Assembly (NCBI GenBank): GCA_963803805.1
Contig: CAWDOD010000002.1
Span: 544,001 to 608,000, forward strand
Reading direction: 5' to 3'
DNA from: an uncultured cyanobacterium
GTDB lineage: Bacteria; Cyanobacteriota; Cyanobacteriia; Cyanobacteriales; CAWCAG01
DNA length: 64,000 nucleotides
Positions 18,630-29,739 of this stretch are shown here, one piece after another. Positions within the stretch are counted from its first letter, which is position 1. Each line of letters begins with the position of its first letter. The position numbers were made by a program, and so were the translations under genes. The notes under the pieces were generated by a model. The model saw nothing but the letters and a program-made list of their open reading frames with translations, was not told where the DNA came from and ran no database searches.

Positions 18630-20937
18630 TATGTTGAGCTATTATAAATATACTCTTTTCATTTTACCTCCTTATTGTCTCAAACTTAATTAAAATAACT
18701 ATATCTCCACCATCTTGAGTATCTATATCTCTCAATGAAAATGAAGCAGAGATAGTGCCAATAGTGTCAGTAGAAATATTGCTGCCAGCCTCAAGGGTGA
18801 TATCTCCACCATTTCCCATATCTCCGCTTGCCGTTGCTTCAGAACGAGAATCGACTTGACTGGTAGAAATGTTGCCCCCAGCCTCAATGGTAATAGCACC
18901 TCCATCTTGAGTATCTCCAACTCCATAGGAACGAGAGATAGAATATACAGTGCCAGTGGCAACATTACCACCAGCTTCAATGTTAATAGCTCCTCCATTT
19001 CCCGCGTTTCCGAAACTAAACAAACCGGAAATAGAAGAAGAATTGAGATTGCCAGTGGAAATATCCCCTGTTGCTTGTAGGTTAATAGCTCCTGCATCAT
19101 CCGCATAGGATGATAATGAGAAGGGGGCAGAGGAGTCAGTATTAATTCCACCAGTAGTTATATTAACCCCAGAAATAGTTATATCCTTCCCCTCAGCAGT
19201 GATTCTATCTGCAATATCCTCCATCACAAAGTCACCCACCCCATCACCATCTGCATCGGCAGTAAAAACTACTGTTCCTGAACCCCCTGATAAATCTAGT
19301 TCGTTATCAAAGAGGTTGTTGACAGTAATGGTATTGTCGACCTGCACAACAACATTATTAATTTTCGCCTGTGCTTCTAATTCTCTTTCGGAGATGGTTT
19401 GAGGAGCGCCACTACCGTTGCCGTTTTCGATGGTAATATTCTCTGGATCTAAAAGCAAAGTCCCCATATTGCCAAAGTCAGAACTAGTATCTACACCTCC
19501 CTGAAACAACAGGGTTTCCTTCCCCGATATCTCTACAAAACCACCGTCACTAATGCCTGCACCACGGGCAGAGACATTACCATAAAAGTTTGTGGTGTCA
19601 TCAGCCCAAACAATTACTTTGCCACCTTCGCTATCTCCCTGCCCATCTGCTGTAATCACCGAATCCCGATTCACATAAGTCTGCAAAGCATTCGGCATAT
19701 CTCCTTTACCTTGATAATCTCCACCAACTAATACGCTGCCGCCACCATTCACCCCAGAAGCATCAATCTTTGCCCCAAGAAGTTCTACAACTTCCCCTAA
19801 AACTTGAACCTGACCCCCAACTCCTTGTTGATTAACAACATCCACACTACCAGAAACAACCGCAGTTCCTAACTCCACATCACCGGGAATACCTAAATCT
19901 CCCAAACCAGCCCCAGCCCCTAACTCTGCTACGGATAGACGGCTATTTCCTTGGTTAACAGTTAACTCCTGCCAACCTACAACCTGTCCTTGGTTGCCTA
20001 ACTCAACTAATCTCCCCTCCGGCATCGCTACCAAACTGACTTTTCCTCCCGGTGCTACCAAGTTCCCTTGGTTAACTACCGTTCCTCCTACTAAACTTAA
20101 ACCCTGCCCTGGCTCAACTGCTAAGTTACCTGCGTTAATAATTGCGCCCCCACTTCCTTCAAACTGCAAACCAACTGGAGCAATAGCACTCACAGTTAAT
20201 AATGGGGCTGCATTGGGATTGGTGGCACTGAAAACGTCCCCCCCAGGAAAGATGAAACCCTCAGCGGTGCTAGCGACAAATGCACCTTCTAAATCCAATT
20301 TGGCATTAGGGCCAAAGACTATGCCGTTAGGGTTGAGGAAGAATAAGTTGGCATCTCCTAATACTCCTAATGTGCCGAATAAATGGGAAGGATTGTTCCC
20401 TGTTACGCGACTAAAAATATTCTCTACTATCGCCAGGTTAGCAAAGTAAGCGCTGTGACCTTCTGAGATGTTAAATTCTAAGAAACTATGAAAGAGGTTA
20501 ATTCCCCGTAAAGCACCACCATCGAGGCGTTGAAGTTGAGGATTCACGGGGGTAACAACAGAACTTTCCCCGCCCAGGGTATTGTCAGGGGTTATTTGGG
20601 CGGGGGTAGGGAGAGCAAAAATAGTGCTGGTTAAGCCTAAAGCTAACCAGAATGGTTGAGATGCACGTTTCATTTGATAATTAAAAATTAATAATAATTT
20701 AGCTTGTTTTAATGCTAAAGCAATATATTGGATTAGCACTTAAACTCCTCGTTATTTTAATCTTTTGTAATTATTAAAAGTAGAGCCGCGATCGCATTTT
20801 CTTGTCGACTAGGCAAGATAAATAAGTGAAATGAGCCTCTTTTGCTAACCATAATTAACTAGAGAAACTCTAAGTAATTATGAGCAATTTTTCTGATAGG
20901 TTTGCTTGATAAGTAGAGTATTTTTTGCTCACCTTAG

Positions 20938-21777
20938 CTAAAGCAAATTTTGATTTTTTGTTCTTACTCGCTCATACAGTTCTTCCATGGTTTCAATAAA
21001 AGAATTGTCTTTATGCCAAAAAGGTGGATAGTCTCCTTGTTTTTTAATCAAAATGGCTGGAATTCCGCTTTGATTAGAAACTTCAATGGTTGATGGCAAC
21101 TGTTTTTTACCTAACCAAAATTCCTTGATATTTGGCTGGTGAGTAATTGCTTTTCTTTTCAAGTCAGGATAAAAAGATGTAGAGATTTCTAGGGGAATTT
21201 CTTGAATGTTTAGTTGAGAAGATAGGGCTTTTCCTAATGGTGACAAGGCTAATTTTTCCTGGAGTTCTGTTTGAGATAAACCTCGCAGTTCAAATAATAA
21301 AAAGGGATTTTGATCCAATTGTGAAGCAACTAGATAATATACTCCGGCGATATGCTTGCAGGGATTGGCATAATCAGGACAGGAACAACTGGTTTGGAAA
21401 TCTTCTCTACCATGGGGTAATAAGTTTAAGCCCAATTCAGAAAATGTCTCTTCAATATTTTCTGGTACTTCATTTAATAGCAACCTAGAAACAATACTCG
21501 CTTTCGCTGATAGTTTTTTAATCGCTTGTTTCCATTTAGTTTTGTTTATAGGTTTGATTTGGATGTCAATATTATAGGTTGGTTCTTTATAAACTCCAAA
21601 GTAAGGATTTACTGAACCTCTAACTTTAGCGGTAATATGATTTTCTTGAATCTCAAAACTCTTAACTTTACCCCCACGGGCATAGGAACGTCCCCTTTGT
21701 AATCTGTTATCCTCGCTAAATGCTTCTAAGGCTTTAATGAAGCGATCGCCCCACCAAGTGCGACTAAACTTGACCAC
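20938..21777 (-). CDS. SWIM zinc-finger protein
   Basis: RTWWGDRF, RLQRGRSYAR, CSCPD...PCKHIA, PFLLFELRG. Confidence 0.92.
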   Translation of the reverse strand: MVKFSRTWWGDRFIKALEAFSEDNRLQRGRSYARGGKVKSFEIQENHITAKVRGSVNPYFGVYKEPTYNIDIQIKPINKTKWKQAIKKLSAKASIVSRLLLNEVPENIEETFSELGLNLLPHGREDFQTSCSCPDYANPCKHIAGVYYLVASQLDQNPFLLFELRGLSQTELQEKLALSPLGKALSSQLNIQEIPLEISTSFYPDLKRKAITHQPNIKEFWLGKKQLPSTIEVSNQSGIPAILIKKQGDYPPFWHKDNSFIETMEELYERVRTKNQNLL

Positions 21778-21782
21778 TTCTT

Positions 21783-24700
21783 TTACTCCAATACTGCGCT
21801 TTTATTTAAGGCAATTAGTTGCTTGAAAGCATTATTATCTAACTCTGTTAACCAAGATTCATCACTACCAATTACAGCAGAAGAAAGTTTTTTCTTGTCT
21901 TCTATCATTTGGTCAATTCTTTCTTCTAAAGTACCAATAGAGACAAATTTATGCACAAAGACATTCTTTTTCTGACCAATACGAAATGCCCTATCGGTAG
22001 CTTGATCTTCTACGGCGGGATTCCACCAACGATCAAAATGGAAAACATGATTAGCTTTGGTTAGGGTGATGCCAACACCACCTGCTTTCAGGGAAAGAAT
22101 GAAAACGGAAGGTTCTGTTGCTACAGCTTGAAATTCAGTAATCATTTTTTCTCGACGTTGACGACTAGTACCACCATGTAAATAGTAAGTGTTGCAATGT
22201 AAGTTATGTTTGAGATATTTTTCAATACCTTGACATATTTCCGTAAATTGGCTGAAGATTAAAATACTTTCCCCTTCAGAAATAGCTTCTTCTAACATCT
22301 GTGCTAGACGACTAAGTTTATGAGATCGCTTAGCAGAAAATTCACTGTTATCTTGAAGGAATTGGGCTGGATGGTTACAAATTTGCTTCAATTTCATCAA
22401 AGTAGAAAGCATTAAACCTTTGCGTTGAATACCTTTGCTTTTTTGTAGCTGTTCTTCTACATCTTTGACAACTACTTCATATAAAGAAGCTTGTTCTTTA
22501 GTTAAGTTAGTATATAGTTTCTGCTCAACTTTATCAGGTAAATCACTAATAATAGATTTGTCAGTCTTTAGCCGACGCAGAATCAAAGGTTCAACCAACT
22601 TTTTCAAGGTAATTGATTTAACTTTGTCATTATCTTTCTGGATCGGCACTTCAAAAGATTTACGAAACTGGGCTTGTTTCCCTAAATATCCAGGATTAAG
22701 AAAGTTGAAAATTGACCATAAATCCAGCAACCGGTTTTCTACAGGAGTTCCGGTTAAAGCTAGTTTGTGCTTTGCAGATAGTTTCAGAATCGCCTTTGTT
22801 TGTGCAGCTTTAGGATTTTTGATATTTTGGGCTTCATCTAAAACAATGCGTTGCCATTCAATCTGGTTAAATAGCTTTTGATCCTTTCGGGCAAGGGTAA
22901 AAGAACTTATTACCACATCACACTGTTCACAAGCAGCTTTAAACTCTGAAATCTTTTGTAGGCGACTGCTACCGTGATGTACTATTGCTTTAAGCTGAGG
23001 GGCAAACTTGATAATCTCCTTTTGCCAGTTTCCTACCACAGAAGTGGGTGCAATCAAAAGCGTTGGTAATAAAGAGTTTTGCTGTTGCTTTTCTCTCTCT
23101 TGTACCAAGCGGGCAATTACCTGTACAGATTTTCCCAACCCCATATCATCGGCCAAACAACCATTCAATCCCAAGCATTCCAAATAATGCAGCCAGGATA
23201 CACCCCGCTTTTGATATTCTCGCAATGTCCCTTGCAGATTGGTTAGTTCTGAAATTGGTTCTAATTGGCTTTTATCTTGCAACTTCGCCATCATGCTTGA
23301 TAAAGCCTGATCATGTTCAACTTCCCACTCATCCTCAACTTCTGCACTCTTTTGCAAAAACTCCAGCAATGTCATCTCTGGTTGTTCATTTTCATGGGAT
23401 TGCCAAAATTCTAACAACTGCTGCATTTTATCTTGATCAATTTCCATCCATTGACCGCGAAAATGCACTAGGGGAGACTTTGCATTAACTAATTGTTCCC
23501 ATTCGGCACGGGTAACAACCTCTTCTCCAATAGCTAAAGAATATTGATATTGCACCAGGGAATCTAAACCAAAATAACTCTTTGTCTTGCCCTTTGTTAC
23601 TTGCCCTTGAGAAGAAGAGGCCTTAAGGCGGATTTTAGCACGACGACGACCTGCGGGGGTATACCATGAAGGTATAATCACCTTAAAACCAGAATCTTCC
23701 AATACCCAAGCACTTTCAGTCAAAAAATCAAAGGCTTCTTCTAAACTTAGCTGTAATCCGGTGGGGCGATCGCACTCCAAACCTCGCCATAAAGTAGGGT
23801 ACATCCTGGCAGCATAACCCAGATTCAGTAAGAGATTGGTTTCAAATTCCTCACCAAAATCCTTACTTAGCACCCCCTTGGCTTTAGCATTCATCTCCCA
23901 ATAGTCAGCCAGTAACAGCTTCAGGGAAGGATCTTGTTTACTAGCTACTAGAAACTGCATTTGCCAATCGTCTGCATGATCTGCGGTGGCAGAATCGAGT
24001 TGAAAGCCCAGATGAAAGGAAGAGTCAGCTTGAGTAGGAACAATTTTAGTTTTCCACTCCAACCATTGTTGATACTCCTTTAAATAAGTATTGGTGGTGA
24101 GGGGATGATGCTGGCGGGAATGAAAGCAATGATCAATCAAAGAATCAGAAATTTTTTTATTAAAAGCGGCGGTAGATTGAGTATGAGTTACCAAGTTGCG
24201 GAGTAAATATTCCGAAAAGTGGCGCAACAAGGCTTCTGGTTCAAAAAACTCTACCCTATCCCTAAGTAGAGAAGAACCAGCAACACAAATTGGTGGCATA
24301 TATTCAAGATATTTGGCTAAATTCTCTTCATACTGTTCCGAAACAATTTCCCAGGTAGGATAGATAACGAAATCATTAGTTTGAGTTGATTTTTTCCGAC
24401 CTTTTTTCTGCTTTGTTCTAGTTTCTAACTGCTGATACTTAAGGGCGGGAATATACTGATCTTTAAAAATAATTTCTTTAAAAGCTTGGGTGTAGTGATA
24501 CCAAAATAATAAATCTGAACCCAATTGAAATTCACCTAAGTTGTACAGAGTCAAAAAGTGAATATCATTAAGCAACCTAATCACATTAATAGCCGTTGCT
24601 AGGTGAGAAGGATCTGTTTTTGTAGAAGCTACGGTTTGATAGCAATCTACTTGCCAATATTGCAACTCTTCATACAAATCGGCAACTTCTGCTTCTAAAT

Positions 24701-24980
24701 ACTTACTTAATTCCGGTGAAGGAAGAGGCTGACTATTGGCTGTGGGCAAAGCAAAATATTGAGGAGAAATGCGTTCTTTTAATTTTAAAGTACCATCTTT
24801 CAATCCTAGTTCTTGAGTCAAAAAAGTAACTAAATCATCCTTTCTTAAATGTCTGGGGTGAATGTTCTCCTGACTAGGTTTTCTCTTACTTAAAGGAACT
24901 TCAACCCACAAGCAAAAAGAACCTGACTGTACGAAATCAGACTCAGTATATGGTATCCAGCTACCATGGAGAACTTTCAT
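21783..24980 (-). CDS. SNF2-family helicase/ATPase (DUF3670-type)
   Basis: LREYQKRG, LADDMGLGKS, LDEAQNIKN, LTGTPVENRL, SLKAGGVG, WWNPAVEDQATDRAFRIGQ. Confidence 0.95.
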   Translation of the reverse strand: MKVLHGSWIPYTESDFVQSGSFCLWVEVPLSKRKPSQENIHPRHLRKDDLVTFLTQELGLKDGTLKLKERISPQYFALPTANSQPLPSPELSKYLEAEVADLYEELQYWQVDCYQTVASTKTDPSHLATAINVIRLLNDIHFLTLYNLGEFQLGSDLLFWYHYTQAFKEIIFKDQYIPALKYQQLETRTKQKKGRKKSTQTNDFVIYPTWEIVSEQYEENLAKYLEYMPPICVAGSSLLRDRVEFFEPEALLRHFSEYLLRNLVTHTQSTAAFNKKISDSLIDHCFHSRQHHPLTTNTYLKEYQQWLEWKTKIVPTQADSSFHLGFQLDSATADHADDWQMQFLVASKQDPSLKLLLADYWEMNAKAKGVLSKDFGEEFETNLLLNLGYAARMYPTLWRGLECDRPTGLQLSLEEAFDFLTESAWVLEDSGFKVIIPSWYTPAGRRRAKIRLKASSSQGQVTKGKTKSYFGLDSLVQYQYSLAIGEEVVTRAEWEQLVNAKSPLVHFRGQWMEIDQDKMQQLLEFWQSHENEQPEMTLLEFLQKSAEVEDEWEVEHDQALSSMMAKLQDKSQLEPISELTNLQGTLREYQKRGVSWLHYLECLGLNGCLADDMGLGKSVQVIARLVQEREKQQQNSLLPTLLIAPTSVVGNWQKEIIKFAPQLKAIVHHGSSRLQKISEFKAACEQCDVVISSFTLARKDQKLFNQIEWQRIVLDEAQNIKNPKAAQTKAILKLSAKHKLALTGTPVENRLLDLWSIFNFLNPGYLGKQAQFRKSFEVPIQKDNDKVKSITLKKLVEPLILRRLKTDKSIISDLPDKVEQKLYTNLTKEQASLYEVVVKDVEEQLQKSKGIQRKGLMLSTLMKLKQICNHPAQFLQDNSEFSAKRSHKLSRLAQMLEEAISEGESILIFSQFTEICQGIEKYLKHNLHCNTYYLHGGTSRQRREKMITEFQAVATEPSVFILSLKAGGVGITLTKANHVFHFDRWWNPAVEDQATDRAFRIGQKKNVFVHKFVSIGTLEERIDQMIEDKKKLSSAVIGSDESWLTELDNNAFKQLIALNKSAVLE

Positions 24981-25069
24981 TATTCAACGACTCTAATGTA
25001 GCTAATTCTAGGAGTTGACCATTAATCTACCAAAAGAGAGTTACAATATCAAGTCAAGTTAAGGCGATT

Positions 25070-25125
25070 AGCTAGTCGCTAGTCGCTAGTTGCTAGTTGA
25101 CCATTGATCACTGATAACTGATCAT
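25070..25125. repeat. Heptamer short tandem repeats (STRR-like)
   Basis: (GCTAGTY)x4 followed by TGATCAC/TGATAAC/TGATCAT units. Confidence 0.7.
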
Positions 25126-25159
25126 TGTTTGGCTTGCCGTTGCCGTTAGGCATCATTGA
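25122..25159 (-). repeat. Small dispersed repeat, copy 1 (consensus AATGATGCCTAACGGCAACGGCAAGCCGTACAAT)
   Basis: Related copies at 27573-27633, 35192-35228, 39464-39492, 53014-53055. Confidence 0.75.
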
Positions 25160-25180
25160 CAACTGAATCATTGAAAGAAA

Positions 25181-26152
25181 ATGCGTATAGCTGAAAATAT
25201 AACAGAACTTGTTGGCAAAACTCCCCTAGTTCGTTTAAATTCTATTCCTCAATCTGAAGGCTGTGTTGCCCAGATTTTAATTAAACTTGAAGGTATGAAT
25301 CCCGCCGCTTCTGTTAAAGATCGTATTGGTGTCAATATGATCGAAGCCGCAGAAAGAGAGGGCTTAATTGATCCTGCTTCTACAGTTTTGGTTGAACCAA
25401 CTTCGGGTAACACAGGAATTGCCCTCGCTATGGCTGCTGCGGCTAAGGGTTACAAACTTATTTTAACCATGCCAGATAGCATGAGTTTAGAACGTCGGGC
25501 AATGTTACGGGCTTATGGGGCTTATTTAGAACTAACCCCTGGTAGCAAAGGCATGACAGGGGCGATTCAAAAAGCCCAAGAAATTGCGGAATCCACATCT
25601 AATGCCTTCATGCCCCAACAATTTAGCAACCCCGCTAACCCAGAAATCCATCGCCTCACCACCGCAAGAGAAATTTGGACTGATACTGATGGACAAGTAG
25701 ACTTTGTGGTAGCAGGAGTCGGTACAGGGGGAACTATAACGGGGATAGCAGAAGTGATTAAACAAAAGAAACCAGAATTTCAAGCGATCGCCGTTGAACC
25801 AGTGGATAGTTCCGTACTTTCAGGGGGAAAACCGGGTTCCCATAAAATTCAAGGCATTGGGGCTGGTTTTATTCCAGAGGTTCTCAAAACGGATCTTATT
25901 GATGAAGTGATAACTGTAACCAACGAAGAATCCTTTAGCTACAGTCGTCGTTTAGCCAAAGAAGAAGGTATCCTTTCTGGTATCTCCACCGGGGCAGCTT
26001 TATGTGCCGCCATTAAAATCGCTCAAAGACCAGAAAATGAAGGTAAACTAATTGTCACCATCCAACCCAGTTTCGGTGAACGCTACCTCAGTACTCCTTT
26101 GTTTCAAGATGAAGAACAAGACCAAAAATACAAAGAGTTAGCCATGAATTGA
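25181..26152 (+). CDS. cysK: Cysteine synthase A
   Basis: [11 protein letters not shown] (PLP lysine), [38 protein letters not shown]. Confidence 0.97.
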   Translation: MRIAENITELVGKTPLVRLNSIPQSEGCVAQILIKLEGMNPAASVKDRIGVNMIEAAEREGLIDPASTVLVEPTSGNTGIALAMAAAAKGYKLILTMPDSMSLERRAMLRAYGAYLELTPGSKGMTGAIQKAQEIAESTSNAFMPQQFSNPANPEIHRLTTAREIWTDTDGQVDFVVAGVGTGGTITGIAEVIKQKKPEFQAIAVEPVDSSVLSGGKPGSHKIQGIGAGFIPEVLKTDLIDEVITVTNEESFSYSRRLAKEEGILSGISTGAALCAAIKIAQRPENEGKLIVTIQPSFGERYLSTPLFQDEEQDQKYKELAMN

Positions 26153-26192
26153 AACACAGTATAAGTGTAGGGAATAGGAAACAGTAAGTTCT

Positions 26193-26230
26193 TTACTTAA
26201 TTACTTATTACTTATCACTTATTACTTATC
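26193..26230. repeat. Heptamer tandem repeat (TTACTTA)n
   Basis: ttacttaattacttattacttatcacttattacttatc between convergent genes. Confidence 0.7.
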
Positions 26231-26627
26231 AATCATCCTCTCCTTCCACCATTGCCCGATACTCATCTGAAGTTAGGGTATCTTCCAACTCATCATCAGG
26301 ATTAGTAAGGCGTACTTTTAGTAGCCAGCCTTCGCCGTAAGGGTCTTCAGCGATAGTTTCTGGAGACTCAACCACAGCTTCGTTGCGGTCAATTACCGTA
26401 CCTTCTACAGGGGGATAGAGGTCTTCTACGGCTTTTACAGATTCGATTGTGCCACAGCTTTCCCCAGGTTCTAGGGCATCCCCAAGTTCTGATAATTCTA
26501 AGAAAACAATATCTCCTAGTTGATCAAGGGCGAAAGCACTAATACCAATAGTGGCGATTTCACCATCTAAACGCACATATTCATGGCTATCGAGATACTT
26601 CAAATCATCAGGATATTCTAAAGCCAT
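26229..26627 (-). CDS. gcvH: Glycine cleavage system H protein
   Basis: [22 protein letters not shown] (lipoyl lysine), DPYGEGWL. Confidence 0.97.
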   Translation of the reverse strand: MALEYPDDLKYLDSHEYVRLDGEIATIGISAFALDQLGDIVFLELSELGDALEPGESCGTIESVKAVEDLYPPVEGTVIDRNEAVVESPETIAEDPYGEGWLLKVRLTNPDDELEDTLTSDEYRAMVEGEDD

Positions 26628-26692
26628 ATTACATCCTCAAATCTAAATAAGGGAGTTTTAGCGGCATAAGCCATTATTTTTATATCATTTCT

Positions 26693-27553
26693 CTAGACTT
26701 TAGTGCGGTCGGTAAGAATTTCATAACCTGTGGGGGTTACTAATACGGTATGTTCAAATTGTGCTGAAAGGGCGTTGTCTGCGGTTACTACCGTCCATCG
26801 GTCAGAGAGAATGCGAGTGATTTTTGATTTAGCATTTAAAATTGGTTCAATGGCTAAAGTCATCCCTGGTTTAAGTTGAACATTTGGTAATTGGTTGGTA
26901 CGGAAGTTAAAAACTGAGGGGGCTTCGTGGAGGTTGCGGCCGACACCATGACCTGTATAATCTTCCACAACGCTGTAACCTTTGGCTTTAATATAGTCTT
27001 CAATCGCCCCAGCAATATCTAAAAGATGGTTGTCTGGTTTAACTTGTTCAATGCCTTTGTATAAAGCTGCTTCAGCCGCCTGAATTAACCTCGCCGCATC
27101 TGAAGACACTTTCCCCACCGCAATGGTGATGCAGGAATCCCCATGAAAGCCGTTTTGATAGGCCCCTGTGTCTACTTTTAAAACATCTCCTGAACGAATA
27201 AATTTTTTCCGACTGGGGATACCATGGACAACTTCGTTATTGAGACAAACACAAATAGAAGCAGGAAAGCCATGATAACCTTTGAAACTAGGAGTCGCCC
27301 CCATTTCTCTAATGCGTTTTTCGGCATAGGTATCTAAGTCTGCGGTAGTCATTCCCGGTTCCACCATCGCCGCAATTTCTTTCAACACCGTAGCCACAAT
27401 TTGGCCTGATTGGCGCATAATTACTATTTCTTGTTCAGATTTAATCTCAATCTGGCGACGATTTCTTCTTAAGGAAGGTAGTCCAAAAGTTAACTTTTTT
27501 TTCTCCCCCTTAACTGAGTTTTTCGGAAAAAGCAATTTTGTCAAAATATTCAT
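26693..27553 (-). CDS. map: Methionine aminopeptidase type I
   Basis: [12 protein letters not shown]...[27 protein letters not shown]. Confidence 0.96.
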   Translation of the reverse strand: MNILTKLLFPKNSVKGEKKKLTFGLPSLRRNRRQIEIKSEQEIVIMRQSGQIVATVLKEIAAMVEPGMTTADLDTYAEKRIREMGATPSFKGYHGFPASICVCLNNEVVHGIPSRKKFIRSGDVLKVDTGAYQNGFHGDSCITIAVGKVSSDAARLIQAAEAALYKGIEQVKPDNHLLDIAGAIEDYIKAKGYSVVEDYTGHGVGRNLHEAPSVFNFRTNQLPNVQLKPGMTLAIEPILNAKSKITRILSDRWTVVTADNALSAQFEHTVLVTPTGYEILTDRTKV

Positions 27554-27572
27554 AAATTAAAGTTTTCAGTTA

Positions 27573-27633
27573 TCAATGATGCTTACGGCAACGGAAAGCC
27601 GAACAATGATGTCTAAGGGCAAGCCCTACAATT
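27573..27633 (+). repeat. Small dispersed repeat, copy 2 (plus adjacent variant)
   Basis: TCAATGATGCTTACGGCAACGGAAAGCCGAACAATGA followed by CAATGATGTCTAAGGGCAAGCCCTACAATT. Confidence 0.7.
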
Positions 27634-27952
27634 AGCCATTATCAATTAAGCAAAGTTCCTGTCAAACTCAAGAAAATATCTTCTAGGTTAGCAGGGGTAA
27701 GGGTTAAACGAACATAACACTTCTCCCCCAGAGAGGTTAAAATCAACTCCTTGAACTACGGTGCGATCACGCCATAGGATTTCTATAAATCACAGGCAGT
27801 TAGAGTAAGCTTTTTTGTATTGATAGGAGGAGATGGTCATTTTACTCTTTTTGGGGGTGTGAATCTTGCTGAGAAGTTTTCCACGTGCAGGTTATTATTT
27901 TTATATTCCCATTTGATCCAAGATAAAAGAAACATTTGCTCAGAAAATAAAT

Positions 27953-28885
27953 ATGTCAAAAATCATTATTGGTATTCATGGTTTAGCCAACAAGCCCCCT
28001 CAAGAAATAATTGAACGTTGGTGGAAGCAATCTTTAGTTGAAGGGCTACAAAAAAACTGTAGTTATCAAGATACAGGTTTTGATTTTAAGTTAGTTTATT
28101 GGGCTGATTTATTATATAAATATAATCTTCATAATGATAAAGATTTTGACTTTGATGAACTCTACAATCGTCAGCCCTATGTTGAAGCGAAACCAGGAGC
28201 ATTAAAACCCTATCCGGAAGGAAGGTTTTCTGAACTAAGAAAGTTCTCTTTTGGTACTATTGGTAGCGCTATAGATTTGATGACTAAAGATTTTGGCATT
28301 AATTTGGCCGCAAGTTTATTTATTAATAAAATTTTTAGGGATTTGAATTTTTATTATGCTAATGATCGGGAAATTAAAAATCGTTCTGGTGATCTTGAAT
28401 TAGCCAGAAAAGTTCTTCGCGATGAGCTTAAAAATATTTTATGGCAAGAAAGTGATAAAGAAATTATGCTCATTGCCCATTCTATGGGTTCAATTATTAG
28501 TTATGATGTTTTGAGGGATTTAGGGCGTAGTAATCCCGACCTGGAAGTTCCTCATTATATAACTATTGGTTCTCCTTTGGGCTTGCCCACAGTTAAAGGG
28601 AAAATCCTGCAAGAAAGAGATTATGATGCTAGGGTACGCACCCCTTCTATTGTGACTAAAACCTGGGTTAATTACGCAGATAGAAGAGATCCGGTGGCTA
28701 CTGATAACCATCTATCTGATGATTATCAAGCTAATAATAAAGGGATTAAAGTTTTTGATGATTTAGTGATGAATGATTACGAGTTACCCTATCAAGTTGG
28801 TAAGACTAACTCCCACAAATCCTACGGTTATTTGCGTACTCCGGAATTATCTATGCAGGTTAAATCTTTTTTGAAAAACGGCTAA
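27953..28885 (+). CDS. Alpha/beta-hydrolase fold protein
   Basis: IGIHG oxyanion motif, AHSMG nucleophile elbow, TIGSPL, DPVA, SH..YGYL. Confidence 0.8.
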   Translation: MSKIIIGIHGLANKPPQEIIERWWKQSLVEGLQKNCSYQDTGFDFKLVYWADLLYKYNLHNDKDFDFDELYNRQPYVEAKPGALKPYPEGRFSELRKFSFGTIGSAIDLMTKDFGINLAASLFINKIFRDLNFYYANDREIKNRSGDLELARKVLRDELKNILWQESDKEIMLIAHSMGSIISYDVLRDLGRSNPDLEVPHYITIGSPLGLPTVKGKILQERDYDARVRTPSIVTKTWVNYADRRDPVATDNHLSDDYQANNKGIKVFDDLVMNDYELPYQVGKTNSHKSYGYLRTPELSMQVKSFLKNG

Positions 28886-28893
28886 TTATTAAT

Positions 28894-28952
28894 TAGGGCA
28901 GGTTTGTTTTCAGGGTTGATACCATAAATTTGAAACTCAAACCTGCCCCTAC
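28894..28952. repeat. REP-like inverted repeat / possible bidirectional terminator
   Basis: TAGGGCAGGTTTG ... CAAACCTGCCCCTAC between convergent genes; resembles cyanobacterial GTAGGGGCGGGTTT REPs. Confidence 0.65.
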
Positions 28953-29020
28953 TATTACACCATTTTAGCTAGCAGATACCTCTTCTAAGTAACTAAATAT
29001 TTAGAAAAGGAAGACCTAAC

Positions 29021-29739
29021 TTATTTAGTTAAACCAGCCTTTTTCTGTTTGCGTAAAGCGGAAGTTGTACCTAAGCCAGCTAAAGCGAAAAGCCCAAGGA
29101 TAGAAGTTGGTTCAGGAACAGAAACATCATTTAATTTAGCAAACAACATAGTTTGATTAGCCTGGCCTTCTTCTGTAATAAATTGATTGACTTTGGGGCC
29201 ATCAATAGTGTCAGAAAATCCTAATATTTTGAGATTGTAAATCTTGCCATCAATCTCAACTGTTTCACTAGAAGTGGCATCAGGAATACTGACAACATCT
29301 GGACAATTAGTTGCACCAGCAGGACTGCAAGGAGGAGTATTAGGTGTTTCATTGTGAGCAAAATCAAAGGTGAAATCCTGATTGAACATTGCACCATTTG
29401 CTATATCTAGGTTTAAGTTTAAAGTTGCACCTAAGATAGAACTACCACCACCAATAGGAAAATTATTGTGTGTAAATGTTCCTAGTTTAAATATTGCTCC
29501 ATCTATCGCATCACTATCTAATAATATCCCCCCGTTACCAGTGAAGTTATAGGAACTTTGAGGACTGCCAGTACCCCAAGAAAGAGTATCTGTACCCTCA
29601 CCATTAATATTAAGACCACCAAGAGGATTGACCAAGTACCATTAGTAGTGATAGTTATTGCTTCGGCTAATTGATTCCAGCTTAAACTTAAAGCAAAAGC
29701 AGTAGTAATAGTGCCTAAACTTTTCGCTAAAAGATTCAT
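29021..29739 (-). CDS. THxN/choice-of-anchor-K type PEP-CTERM surface protein (frameshifted near 29628)
   Basis: Signal peptide MNLLAKSLG...AEA with AGGAG RBS in ORF 29518-29739; one added A (TCA AAT) joins it to NPLGG...FTHNNFPI...VPEPTSILGL...RKQKK. Confidence 0.85.

Larger units (their letters stand above)
17707..18701 (-). mobile_element. IS630-family insertion sequence (995 bp)
   Basis: Terminal IRs TAGTTATTTTAAATAACAATGAGACA and TAGTTATTTTAATTAAGTTTGAGACA (22/26 identical); TA target duplication at 17705-17706 and 18702-18703. Confidence 0.93.
14817..20739 (-). pseudogene. Filamentous-haemagglutinin-family (TpsA-like) exoprotein interrupted by IS630
   Basis: N-terminal secretion domain (QITPDNTL, NLFHSF.EFNI, LFFLNPNGIVFG, LLLDPENITI); GNGG.I...AGG.I repeats; cyanobacterial C-terminus (NSDVVARA..GKGGQI.I). 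Removing 17707-18703 rejoins DGGD|ISLKAGGSIS in frame, giving about 1640 aa. Start is GTG 20739 (GAGGAG RBS) or ATG 20673. Confidence 0.9.

Noticed and set aside
17189-19151. Alternative-frame ORFs rich in MEME/LKME (17189-17650, 18732-19151)
   Set aside because: Out-of-frame readings of the GATGGA/AATGGA repeats of the haemagglutinin gene
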